A stretch of 64,000 nucleotides of DNA. Origin: Auanema rhodensis. Taxonomy: Eukaryota > Animalia > Nematoda. The notes beneath the pieces are model-generated. The model saw only the letters and a list, made by a program, of their open reading frames with translations. It was not told the origin of the DNA and did no database searches. A program made the translations under genes and the position numbers. Shown here piece after piece: positions 38,801 to 53,300 of the stretch (positions within the stretch are counted from its first letter, which is position 1; every line of letters begins with the position of its first letter). The DNA lies in assembly GCA_964057225.1 (NCBI GenBank), contig OZ059900.1, positions 19,344,001 through 19,408,000 of the forward strand, read 5' to 3'.

Positions 38801-41800
38801 ACCTTGTTTACAGCGAAAATTCCAAAAACTGGTTTCCAGTATAATAAAATATTTCTCATGGGAAATACTGTGTTTTTGTATTTTTCTAGTGTTCAGCATG
38901 TAAAATGCTTCATTTAAGTATGTAACACGCTGAAATTCGTTGCATTTGACTACTCATATGAACAAAAATCGATTTAATCAATATTAGCCATAAGGGGCGT
39001 GCCCTCAGAATATGCTAATTTCCTTAATTTTCTAACCCCTGTTTTTTTGTCGTGAAAGTGGAACTAGACGTTGTACAAACAATTTTGAGCTAGGTTTCAT
39101 TGACATTGCATGAGTTTGAACACATGAAATCGTAAGTCAAAACCTTGTTTACAGCGAAATTTCCAAAAACTGGTTTTCCAGCATAATAAAATCTTTCTCA
39201 TGGGAAATACTGTGTTTTTGTATTTTTCTAGTGTTCAGCATGTAAAATACTTCATTTTAGTATGTAACACGCTGAAATATGTTGCATTTGACGACTCATA
39301 TGAACAAACATCGATTTAATCAATATTAGCCATAAGGGGCGTGCCCTCAGAATATGCTAATTTCCTTAATTTTCTAACCCCTGTTTTTTTGTCGGGAAAG
39401 TGTAACTAGACGTTGTACGAACAATTTTGAGCTAGGTTTCATTGACATTGCATGAGTTTGAACACATGAAATCGTAAGTCAAAACCTTGTTTACAGCGAA
39501 ATTTCCAAAAACTGGTTTTCCAGCATAATAAAATATTTCTTATGGGAAATACTGTGTTTTTGTATTTTTCTAGTGTTCAGCATGTAAAATACTTCATTTT
39601 AGTATGTAACACGCTGAAATTCGTTGCATTTGACGACTCATATGAACAAAAATCGATTTAATCAATATTAGCCATAAGGGGCGTGCCCTCAGAATATGCT
39701 AATTTCCTAAATTTTCTAACCCCTGTTTTTTTGTCGTGAAAGTGGAACTAGACGTTGTACGAACAGTTTTGAGCTAGGTTTCATTGACATTGCATGAGTT
39801 TGAACACATGAAATCGTAAGTCAAAACCTTGTTTACAGCGAAATTTCCAAAAACTGGTTTTCCAGCATAATAAAATATTTCTCATGGGAAAAACTGTGTT
39901 TTTGTATTTTTCTAGTGTTCAGCATGTAAAATGCTTCATTTTAGTATGTAACACGCTGAAATTCGTTGCATTTGACGACTCATATGAACAAAAATCGATT
40001 TAATCAATATTAGCCATAAGGGGCGTGCCCTCAGAATATGCTAATTTCCTAAATTTTCTAACCCCTGTTTTTTTGTCGTGAAAGTGGAACTAGACGTTGT
40101 ACGAACAGTTTTGAGCTAGGTTTCATTGACATTGCATGAGTTTGAACACATGAAATCGTAAGTCAAAACCTTGTTTACAGCGAAAATTCCAAAAACTGGT
40201 TTCCAGTATAATAAAATATTTCTCATGGGAAATACTGTGTTTTTGTATTTTTCTAGTGTTCAGCATGTAAAATGCTTCATTTAAGTATGTAACACGCTGA
40301 AATTCGTTGCATTTGACGACTCATATGAACAAAAATCGATTTAATCAATATTAGCCATAAGGGGCGTGCCCTCAGAATATGCTAATTTCCTTAATTTTCT
40401 AACCCCTGTTTTTTTTGTCGTGAAAGTGGAACTAGACGTTGTAGGAACAATTTTGAGCTAGGTTTTATTGACATTGCATGAGTTTGAACACATGAAATCG
40501 TAAGTCAAAACCTTGTTTACAGCGAAATTTCCAAAAACTCGTTTTCCAGCATAATAAAATATTTCTCATGGGAAATACTGTGTTTTTGTATTTTTTTAGT
40601 GTTCAGCATGTAAAATGCTTCATTTTAGTATGTAACACGCTGAAATTAATTGCATTTGACGACTCATATGAACAAAAATCGATTTAATCAATATTAGCCA
40701 TAAGGGGCGTGCCCTCAGAATATGCTAATTTCCTTAATTTTCTAACCCCTGTTTTTTTGTCGTGAAAGTGGAACTAGACGTTGTACGAACAATTTTGAGC
40801 TAGGTTTCATTGACATTGCATGAGTTTGAACACATGAAATCGTAAGTCAAAACCTTGTTTACAGCGAACTTTCCAAAAACTGGTTTTCCAGCATAATAAA
40901 ATATTTCTCATGGGAAATACTGTGTTTTTGTATTTTTCTAGTGTTCAGCATGTGAAATGCTTCATTTTAGTATGTAACAGGCTGAAATTCGTTGCATTTG
41001 ACGACTCATATGAACAAAAATCGATTTAATCAATATTAGCCATAAGGGGCGTGCCCTCAGAATATGCTAATTTCCTTAATTTTCTAACCCCTGTTTTGTT
41101 GTCGTGAAAGTGGAACTAGACGTTGTAGGAACAATTTTGAGCTAGGTTTCATTGACATTGCATGAGTTTGAACACATGAAATCGTAAGTCAAAACCTTGT
41201 TTACAGCGAAATTTCCAAAAACTGGTTTTCCAGCATAATAAAATATTTCTCATGGGAAATACTGTGTTTTTGTATTTTTCTAGTGTTCAGCATGTAAAAT
41301 GCTTCATTTTAGTATGTAACACGCTGAAATTCGTTGCATTTGACGACTCATATGAACAAAAATCGATTTAATCAATATTAGCCATAAGGGGCGTGCCCTC
41401 AGAATATGCTAATTTCCTTAATTTTCTAACCCCTGTTTTTTGTCGTGAAAGTGGAACTAGACGTTGTAGGAACAATTTTGAGCTAGGTTTCATTGACATT
41501 GCATGAGTTTGAACACATGAAATCGTAAGTCAAAACCTTGTTTACAGCGAAATTTCCAAAAACTGGTTTTCCAGCATAATAAAATATTTCTCATGGGAAA
41601 TACTGTGTTTTTGTATTTTTATAGTGTTCAGCATGTAAAATGCTTCATTTTAGTATGTAACACGCTGAAATTCGTTGCATTTGACGACTCATATGAACAA
41701 AAATCGATTTAATCAATATTAGCCATAAGGGGCGTGCCCTCAGAATATGCTAATTTCCTAAATTTTCTAACCCCTGTTTTTTTGTCGTGAAAGTGGAACT

Positions 41801-44800
41801 AGACGTTGTACAAACAATTTTGAGCTAGGTTTCATTGACATTGCATGAGTTTGAACACATGAAATCGTAAGTCAAAACCTTGTTTACAGCGAAATTTCCA
41901 AAAACTGGTTTTCCAGCATAATAAAATATTTCTCATGGGAAATACTGTGTTTTTGTATTTTTCTAGTGTTTAGCATGTAAAATACTTCATTTTAGTATGT
42001 AACACGCTGAAATTCGTTGCATTTGACGACTCATATGCACAAAAATCGATTTAATCAATATTAGCCATAAGGGGCGTGCCCTCAGAATATGCTAATTTCC
42101 TTAATTTTCTAACCCCTGTTTTTTTGTCGTGAAAGTGTAACTAGACGTTGTACGAACAATTTTGAGCTAGGTTTCATTGACATTGCATGAGTTTGAACAC
42201 ATGAAATCGTAAGTCAAAACCTTGTTTACAGCGAAATTTCCAAAAACTGGTTTTCCAGCATAATAAAATATTTCTTATGGGAAATACTGTGTTTTTGTAT
42301 TTTTCTAGTGTTCAGCATGTAAAATACTTCATTTTAGTATGTAACACGCTGAAATTCGTTGCATTTGACGACTCATATGAACAAAAATCGATTTAATCAA
42401 TATTAGCCATAAGGGGCGTGCCCTCAGAATATGCTAATTTCCTAAATTTTCTAACCCCTGTTTTTTTGTCGTGAAAGTGGAACTAGACGTTGTACGAACA
42501 GTTTTGAGCTAGGTTTCATTGACATTGCATGAGTTTGAACACATGAAATCGTAAGTCAAAACCTTGTTTACAGCGAAATTTCCAAAAACTGGTTTTCCAG
42601 CATAATAAAATATTTCTCATGGGAAAAACTGTGTTTTTGTATTTTTCTAGTGTTCAGCATGTAAAATGCTTCATTTCAGTATGTAACACGCTGAAATTCG
42701 TTGCATTTGACGACTCATATGAACAAAAATCGATTTAATCAATATTAGCCATAAGGGGCGTGCCCTCAGAATATGCTAATTTCCTTAATTTTCTAACCCC
42801 TGTTTTTTTGTCGTGAAAGTGGAACTAGACGTTGTACGAACAATTTTGAGCTAGGTTTCATTGACATTGCATGAGTTTGAACACATGAAATCGTAAGTCA
42901 AAACCTTGTTTACAGCGAAATTTCCAAAAACTGGTTTTCCAGCATAATAAACAATTTCTTATGGGAAATACTGTGTTTTTGTATTTTTCTAGTGTTCAGC
43001 ATGTAAAATACTTCATTTTAGTATGTAACACGCTGAAATTCGTTGCATTTGACGACTCATATGAACAAAAATTGATTTAATCAATATTAGCCATAAGGGG
43101 CGTGCCCTCAGAATATGCTAATTTCCTAAATTTTCTAACCCCTGTTTTTTTGTCGTGAAAGTGGAACTAGACGTTGTACAAACAGTTTTGAGCTAGGTTT
43201 CATTGACATTGCATGAGTTTGAACACATGAAATCGTAAGTCAAAACCTTGTTTACAGCGAAAATTCCAAAAACTGGTTTCCAGTATAATAAAATATTTCT
43301 CATGGGAAATACTGTGTTTTTGTATTTTTCTAGTGTTCAGCATGTAAAATGCTTCATTTAAGTATGTAACACGCTGAAATTCGTTGCATTTGACGACTCA
43401 TATGAACAAAAATCGATTTAATCAATATTAGCCATAAGGGGCGTGCCCTCAGAATATGCTAATTTCCTTAATTTTCTAACCCCTGTTTTTTTGTCGTGAA
43501 AGTGGAACTAGACGTTGTAGGAACAATTTTGAGCTAGGTTTCATTGACATTGCATGAGTTTGAACACATGAAATCGTAAGTCAAAACCTTGTTTACAGCG
43601 AAATTTCCAAAAACTCGTTTTCCAGCATAATAAAATATTTCTCATGGGAAATACTGTGTTTTTGTATTTTTTTAGTGTTCAGCATGTAAAATGCTTCATT
43701 TTAGTATGTAACACGCTGAAATTAATTGCATTTGACGACTCATATGAACAAAAATCGATTTAATCAATATTAGCCATAAGGGGCGTGCCCTCAGAATATG
43801 CTAATTTCCTTAATTTTCTAACCCCTGTTTTTTTGTCGTGAAAGTGGAACTAGACGTTGTACGAACAATTTTGAGCTAGGTTTCATTGACATTGCATGAG
43901 TTTGAACACATGAAATCGTAAGTCAAAACCTTGTTTACAGCGAACTTTCCAAAAACTGGTTTTCCAGCATAATAAAATATTTCTCATGGGAAATACTGTG
44001 TTTTTGTATTTTTCTAGTGTTCAGCATGTGAAATGCTTCATTTTAGTATGTAACAGGCTGAAATTCGTTGCATTTGACGACTCATATGAACAAAAATCGA
44101 TTTAATCAATATTAGCCATAAGGGGCGTGCCCTCAGAATATGCTAATTTCCTTAATTTTCTAACCCCTGTTTTGTTGTCGTGAAAGTGGAACTAGACGTT
44201 GTAGGAACAATTTTGAGCTAGGTTTCATTGACATTGCATGAGTTTGAACACATGAAATCGTAAGTCAAAACCTTGTTTACAGCGAACTTTCCAAAAACTG
44301 GTTTTCCAGCATAATAAAATATTTCTTATGGGAAATACTGTGTTTTTGTATTTTTCTAGTGTTCAGCATGTGAAATGCTTCATTTTAGTATGTAACACGC
44401 TGAAATTCGTTGCATTTGACGACTCATATGAACAAAAATCGATTTAATCAATATTAGCCATAAGGGGCGTGCCCTCAGAATATGCTAATTTCCTTAATTT
44501 TCTAACCCCTGTTTTGTTGTCGTGAAAGTGGAACTAGACGTTGTAGGAACAATTTTGAGCTAGGTTTCATTGACATTGCATGAGTTTGAACACATGAAAT
44601 CGTAAGTCAAAACCTTGTTTACAGCGAACTTTCCAAAAACTGGTTTTCCAGCATAATAAAATATTTCTCATGGGAAATACTGTGTTTTTGTATTTTTCTA
44701 GTGTTCAGCATGTGAAATGCTTCATTTTAGTATGTAACAGGCTGAAATTCGTTGCATTTGACGACTCATATGAACAAAAATCGATTTAATCAATATTAGC

Positions 44801-47373
44801 CATAAGGGGCGTGCCCTCAGAATATGCTAATTTCCTTAATTTTCTAACCCCTGTTTTGTTGTCGTGAAAGTGGAACTAGACGTTGTAGGAACAATTTTGA
44901 GCTAGGTTTCATTGACATTGCATGAGTTTGAACACATGAAATCGTAAGTCAAAACCTTGTTTACAGCGAAATTTCCAAAAACTGGTTTTCCAGCATAATA
45001 AAATATTTCTCATGGGAAATACTGTGTTTTTGTATTTTTATAGTGTTCAGCATGTAAAATGCTTCATTTTAGTATGTAACACGCTGAAATTCGTTGCATT
45101 TGACGACTCATATGAACAAAAATCGATTTAATCAATATTAGCCATAAGGGGCGTGCCCTCAGAATATGCTAATTTCCTTAATTTTCTAACCCCTGTTTTT
45201 TTGTCGTGAAAGTGGAATTAGACGTTGTAGGAACAATTTTGAGCTAGGTTTCATTGACATTGCATGAGTTTGAACACATGAAATCGTAAGTCAAAACCTT
45301 GTTTACAGCGAAACTTCCAAAAACTGGTTTTCCAGCATAATAAAATATTTCTCATGGGAAATACTGTGTTTTTGTATTTTTATGGTGTTCAGCATGTAAA
45401 ATGCTTCATTTTAGTATGTAACACGCTGAAATTCGTTGCATTTGACGACTCATATGAACAAAAATCGATTTAATCAATATTAGCCATAAGGGTCGTGCCC
45501 TCAGAATATGCTAATTTCCTTAATTTTCTAACCCCTGTTTTTTGTCGTGAAAGTGGAACTAGACGTTGTAGGAACAATTTTGAGCTAGGTTTCATTGACA
45601 TTGCATGAGTTTGAACACATGAAATCGTAAGTCAAAACCTTGTTTACAGCGAAATTTCCAAAAACTGGTTTTCCAGCATAATAAAATATTTCTCATGGGA
45701 AATACTGTGTTTTTGTATTTTTATAGTGTTCAGCATGTAAAATGCTCCATTTTAGTATGTAACACGCTGAAATTCGTTGCATTTGACGACTCATATGAAC
45801 AAAAATCGATTTAATCAATATTAGCCATAAGGGGCGTGCCCTCAGAATATGCTAATTTCCTAAATTTTCTAACCCCTGTTTTTTTGTCGTGAAAGTGGAA
45901 CTAGACGTTGTACAAACAATTTTGAGCTAGGTTTCATTGACATTGCATGAGTTTGAACACATGAAATCGTAAGTCAAAACCTTGTTTACAGCGAAATTTC
46001 CAAAAACTGGTTTTCCAGCATAATAAAATATTTCTCATGGGAAATACTGTGTTTTTGTATTTTTCTAGTGTTTAGCATGTAAAATACTTCATTTTAGTAT
46101 GTAACACGCTGAAATTCGTTGCATTTGACGACTCATATGCACAAAAATCGATTTAATCAATATTAGCCATAAGGGGCGTGCCCTCAGAATATGCTAATTT
46201 CCTTAATTTTCTAACCCCTGTTTTTTTGTCGTGAAAGTGTAACTAGACGTTGTACGAACAATTTTGAGCTAGGTTTCATTGACATTGCATGAGTTTGAAC
46301 ACATGAAATCGTAAGTCAAAACCTTGTTTACAGCGAAATTTCCAAAAACTGGTTTTCCAGCATAATAAAATATTTCTTATGGGAAATACTGTGTTTTTGT
46401 ATTTTTCTAGTGTTCAGCATGTAAAATACTTCTTTTTAGTATGTAACACGCTGAAATTCGTTGCATTTGACGACTCATATGAACAAAAATCGATTTAATC
46501 AATATTAGCCATAAGGGGCGTGCCCTCAGAATATGCTAATTTCCTAAATTTTCTAACCCCTGTTTTTTTGTCGTGAAAGTGGAACTAGACGTTGTACGAA
46601 CAGTTTTGAGCTAGGTTTCATTGACATTGCATGAGTTTGAACACATGAAATCGTAAGTCAAAACCTTGTTTACAGCGAAATTTCCAAAAACTGGTTTTCC
46701 AGCATAATAAAATATTTCTCATGGGAAAAACTGTGTTTTTGTATTTTTCTAGTGTTCAGCATGTAAAATGCTTCATTTCAGTATGTAACACGCTGAAATT
46801 CGTTGCATTTGACGACTCATATGAACAAAAATCGATTTAATCAATATTAGCCATAAGGGGCGTGCCCTCAGAATATGCTAATTTCCTTAATTTTCTAACC
46901 CCTGTTTTTTTGTCGTGAAAGTGGAACTAGACGTTGTACGAACAATTTTGAGCTAGGTTTCATTGACATTGCATGAGTTTGAACACATGAAATCGTAAGT
47001 CAAAACCTTGTTTACAGCGAAATTTCCAAAAACTGGTTTTCCAGCATAATAAAATATTTCTCATGGGAAATACTGTGTTTTTGTATTTTTATAGTGTTCA
47101 GCATGTAAAATGCTTCATTTTAGTATGTAACACGCTGAAATTCGTTGCATTTGACGACTCATATGAACAAAAATCGATTTAATCAATATTAGCCATAAGG
47201 GTCGTGCCCTCAGAATATGCTAATTTCCTTAATTTTCTAACCCCTGTTTTTTTGTCGTGAAAGTGGAACTAGACGTTGTAGGAACAGTTTTGAGCTAGGT
47301 TTCATTGACATTGCATGAGTTTGAACACATGAAATCGTAAGTCAAAACCTTGTTTACAGCGAAATTTCCAAAA

Positions 47374-50300
47374 AGTGGGTTTCCAGCATAATAAAATATT
47401 TCTCATGGGAAATACTGTGTTTTTGTATTTTTCTAGTGTTCAGCATGTAAAATGCTTCATTTTAGTATGTAACACGCTGAAATTCGTTGCATTTGACGAC
47501 TCATATGAACAAAAATCGATTTAATCAATATTAGCCATAAGGGGCGTGCCCTCAGAATATGCTAATTTCCTAAATTTTCTAACCCCTGTTTTTTTGTCGT
47601 GAAAGTGGAACTAGACGTTGTAGGAACAATTTTGAGCTAGGTTTCATTGACATTGCATGAGTTTGAACACATGAAATCGTAAGTCAAAACCTTGTTTACA
47701 GCGAAATTTCCAAAAACTGGTTTTCCAGCATAATAAAATATTTCTCATGGGAAATACTGTGTTTTTGTACTTTTCTAGTGTTCAGCATGTAAAATACTTC
47801 ATTTTAGTATGTAACACGCTGAAATTCGTTGCATTTGACGACTCATATGAACAAAAATCGATTTAATCAATATTAGCCATAAGGGGCGTGCCCTCAGAAT
47901 ATGCTAATTTCCTAAATTTTCTAACCCCTGTTTTTTTGTCGTGAAAGTGGAACTAGACGTTGTACGAACAATTTTGAGCTAGGTTTCATTGACATTGCAT
48001 GAGTTTGAACACATGAAATCGTAAGTCATAACCTTGTTTACAGCGAAATTTCCAAAAACTGGTTTTCCAGCATAATAAAATATTTCTTATGGGAAATACT
48101 GTGTTTTTGTATTTTTCTAGTGTTCAGCATGTAAAATACTTCATTTTAGTATGTAACACGCTGAAATTCGTTGCATTTGACGACTCATATGAACAAAAAT
48201 CGATTTAATCAATATTAGCCATAAGGGGCGTGCCCTCAGAATATGCTAATTTCCTTAATTTTCTAACCCCTGTTTTTTTGTCGTGAAAGTGTAACTAGAC
48301 GTTGTACGAACAATTTTGAGCTAGGTTTCATTGACATTGCATGAGTTTGAACACATGAAATCGTAAGTCAAAACCTTGTTTACAGCGAAATTTCCAAAAA
48401 CTGGTTTTCCAGCATAATAAAATATTTCTTATGGGAAATACTGTGTTTTTGTATTTTTCTAGTGTTCAGCATGTAAAATACTTCATTTTAGTATGTAACA
48501 CGCTGAAATTCGTTGCATTTGACGACTCATATGAACAAAAATCGATTTAATCAATATTAGCCATAAGGGGCGTGCCCTCAGAATATGCTAATTTCCTAAA
48601 TTTTCTAACCCCTGTTTTTTTGTCGTGAAAGTGGAACTAGACGTTGTACGAACAGTTTTGAGCTAGGTTTCATTGACATTGCATGAGTTTGAACACATGA
48701 AATCGTAAGTCAAAACCTTGTTTACAGCGAAATTTCCAAAAACTGGTTTTCCAGCATAATAAAATATTTCTCATGGGAAAAACTGTGTTTTTGTATTTTT
48801 CTAGTGTTCAGCATGTAAAATGCTTCATTTCAGTATGTAACACGCTGAAATTCGTTGCATTTGACGACTCATATGAACAAAAATCGATTTAATCAATATT
48901 AGCCATAAGGGGCGTGCCCTCAGAATATGCTAATTTCCTTAATTTTCTAACCCCTGTTTTTTTGTCGTGAAAGTGGAACTAGACGTTGTACGAACAATTT
49001 TGAGCTAGGTTTCATTGACATTGCATGAGTTTGAACACATGAAATCGTAAGTCAAAACCTTGTTTACATCGAAATTTCCAAAAACTGGTTTTCCAGCATA
49101 ATAAACAATTTCTTATGGGAAATACTGTGTTTTTGTATTTTTCTAGTGTTCAGCATGTAAAATACTTCATTTTAGTATGTAACACGCTGAAATTCGTTGC
49201 ATTTGACGACTCATATGAACAAAAATCGATTTAATCAATATTAGCCATAAGGGGCGTGCCCTCAGAATATGCTAATTTCCTAAATTTTCTAACCCCTGTT
49301 TTTTTGTCGTGAAAGTGGAACTAGACGTTGTACGAACAGTTTTGAGCTAGGTTTCATTGACATTGCATGAGTTTGAACACATGAAATCGTAAGTCAAAAC
49401 CTTGTTTACAGCGAAATTTCCAAAAACTGGTTTTCCAGCATAATAAAATATTTCTCATGGGAAATACTGTGTTTTTGTATTTTTATAGTGTTCAGCATGT
49501 AAAATGCTTCACTTTAGTATGTAACACGCTGAAATTCGTTGCATTTGACGACTCATATGAACAAAAATCGATTTAATCAATATTAGCCATAAGGGTCGTG
49601 CCCTCAGAATATGCTTATTTCCTTAATTTTCTAACCCCTGTTTTTTTGTCGTGAAAGTGGAACTAGACGTTGTAGGAACAGTTTTGAGCTAGGTTTCATT
49701 GACATTGCATGAGTTTGAACACATGAAATCGTAAGTCAAAACCTTGTTTACAGCGAAATTTCCAAAAAGTGGGTTTCCAGCATAATAAAATATTTCTCAT
49801 GGGAAATACTGTGTTTTTGTATTTTTCTAGTGTTCAGCATGTAAAATGCTTCATTTTAGTATGTAACACGCTGAAATTCGTTGCATTTGACGACTCATAT
49901 GAACAAAAATCGATTTAATCAATATTAGCCATAAGGGGCGTGCCCTCAGAATATGCTAATTTCCTAAATTTTCTAACCCCTGTTTTTTTGTCGTGAAAGT
50001 GGAACTAGACGTTGTAGGAACAATTTTGAGCTAGGTTTCATTGACATTGCATGAGTTTGAACACATGAAATCGTAAGTCAAAACCTTGTTTACAGCGAAA
50101 TTTCCAAAAACTGGTTTTCCAGCATAATAAAATATTTCTCATGGGAAATACTGTGTTTTTGTACTTTTCTAGTGTTCAGCATGTAAAATACTTCATTTTA
50201 GTATGTAACACGCTGAAATTCGTTGCATTTGACGACTCATATGAACAAAAATCGATTTAATCAATATTAGCCATAAGGGGCGTGCCCTCAGAATATGCTA

Positions 50301-53300
50301 ATTTCCTAAATTTTCTAACCCCTGTTTTTTTGTCGTGAAAGTGGAACTAGACGTTGTACGAACAATTTTGAGCTAGGTTTCATTGACATTGCATGAGTTT
50401 GAACACATGAAATCGTAAGTCAAAACCTTGTTTACAGCGAAATTTCCAAAAACTCGTTTTCCAGCATAATAAAATATTTCTCATGGGAAAAACTGTGTTT
50501 TTGTATTTTTCTAGTGTTCAGCATGTAAAATGCTTCATTTTAGTATGTAACACGCTGAAATTCGTTGCATTTGACGACTCATATGAACAAAAATCGATTT
50601 AATCAATATTAGCCATAAGGGGCGTGCCCTCAGAATATGCTAATTTCCTTAATTTTCTAACCCCTGTTTTTTTGTCGTGAAAGTGGAACTAGACGTTGTA
50701 CGAACAATTTTGAGCTAGGTTTCATTGACATTGCATGAGTTTGAACACATGAAATCGTAAGTCAAAACCTTGTTTACAGCGAAATTTCCAAAAACTGGTT
50801 TTCCAGCATAATAAAATATTTCTCATGGGAAATACTGTGTTTTTGTATTTTTATAGTGTTCAGCATGTAAAATGCTTCATTTTAGTATGTAACACGCTGA
50901 AATTCGTTGCATTTGACGACTCATATGAACAAAAATCGATTTAATCAATATTAGCCATAAGGGTCGTGCCCTCAGAATATGCTAATTTCCTTAATTTTCT
51001 AACCCCTGTTTTTTTGTCGTGAAAGTGGAACTAGACGTTGTAGGAACAGTTTTGAGCTAGGTTTCATTGACATTGCATGAGTTTGAACACATGAAATCGT
51101 AAGTCAAAACCTTGTTTACAGCGAAATTTCCAAAAAGTGGGTTTCCAGCATAATAAAATATTTCTCATGGGAAATACTGTGTTTTTGTATTTTTCTAGTG
51201 TTCAGCATGTAAAATGCTTCATTTTAGTATGTAACACGCTGAAATTCGTTGCATTTGACGACTCATATGAACAAAAATCGATTTAATCAATATTAGCCAT
51301 AAGGGGCGTGCCCTCAGAATATGCTAATTTCCTAAATTTTCTAACCCCTGTTTTTTTGTCGTGAAAGTGGAACTAGACGTTGTAGGAACAATTTTGAGCT
51401 AGGTTTCATTGACATTGCATGAGTTTGAACACATGAAATCGTAAGTCAAAACCTTGTTTACAGCGAAATTTCCAAAAACTGGTTTTCCAGCATAATAAAA
51501 TATTTCTCATGGGAAATACTGTGTTTTTGTACTTTTCTAGTGTTCAGCATGTAAAATACTTCATTTTAGTATGTAACACGCTGAAATTCGTTGCATTTGA
51601 CGACTCATATGAACAAAAATCGATTTAATCAATATTAGCCATAAGGGGCGTGCCCTCAGAATATGCTAATTTCCTAAATTTTCTAACCCCTGTTTTTTTG
51701 TCGTGAAAGTGGAACTAGACGTTGTACGAACAATTTTGAGCTAGGTTTCATTGACATTGCATGAGTTTGAACACATGAAATCGTAAGTCATAACCTTGTT
51801 TACAGCGAAATTTCCAAAAACTGGTTTTCCAGCATAATAAAATATTTCTTATGGGAAATACTGTGTTTTTGTATTTTTCTAGTGTTCAGCATGTAAAATA
51901 CTTCATTTTAGTATGTAACACGCTGAAATTCGTTGCATTTGACGACTCATATGAACAAAAATCGATTTAATCAATATTAGCCATAAGGGGCGTGCCCTCA
52001 GAATATGCTAATTTCCTTAATTTTCTAACCCCTGTTTTTTTGTCGTGAAAGTGTAACTAGACGTTGTACGAACAATTTTGAGCTAGGTTTCATTGACATT
52101 GCATGAGTTTGAACACATGAAATCGTAAGTCAAAACCTTGTTTACAGCGAAATTTCCAAAAACTGGTTTTCCAGCATAATAAAATATTTCTTATGGGAAA
52201 TACTGTGTTTTTGTATTTTTCTAGTGTTCAGCATGTAAAATACTTCATTTTAGTATGTAACACGCTGAAATTCGTTGCATTTGACGACTCATATGAACAA
52301 AAATCGATTTAATCAATATTAGCCATAAGGGGCGTGCCCTCAGAATATGCTAATTTCCTAAATTTTCTAACCCCTGTTTTTTTGTCGTGAAAGTGGAACT
52401 AGACGTTGTACGAACAGTTTTGAGCTAGGTTTCATTGACATTGCATGAGTTTGAACACATGAAATCGTAAGTCAAAACCTTGTTTACAGCGAAATTTCCA
52501 AAAACTGGTTTTCCAGCATAATAAAATATTTCTCATGGGAAAAACTGTGTTTTTGTATTTTTCTAGTGTTCAGCATGTAAAATGCTTCATTTCAGTATGT
52601 AACACGCTGAAATTCGTTGCATTTGACGACTCATATGAACAAAAATCGATTTAATCAATATTAGCCATAAGGGGCGTGCCCTCAGAATATGCTAATTTCC
52701 TTAATTTTCTAACCCCTGTTTTTTTGTCGTGAAAGTGGAACTAGACGTTGTACGAACAATTTTGAGCTAGGTTTCATTGACATTGCATGAGTTTGAACAC
52801 ATGAAATCGTAAGTCAAAACCTTGTTTACATCGAAATTTCCAAAAACTGGTTTTCCAGCATAATAAACAATTTCTTATGGGAAATACTGTGTTTTTGTAT
52901 TTTTCTAGTGTTCAGCATGTAAAATACTTCATTTTAGTATGTAACACGCTGAAATTCGTTGCATTTGACGACTCATATGAACAAAAATCGATTTAATCAA
53001 TATTAGCCATAAGGGGCGTGCCCTCAGAATATGCTAATTTCCTAAATTTTCTAACCCCTGTTTTTTTGTCGTGAAAGTGGAACTAGACGTTGTACGAACA
53101 GTTTTGAGCTAGGTTTCATTGACATTGCATGAGTTTGAACACATGAAATCGTAAGTCAAAACCTTGTTTACAGCGAAATTTCCAAAAACTGGTTTTCCAG
53201 CATAATAAAATATTTCTCATGGGAAATACTGTGTTTTTGTATTTTTATAGTGTTCAGCATGTAAAATGCTTCACTTTAGTATGTAACACGCTGAAATTCG

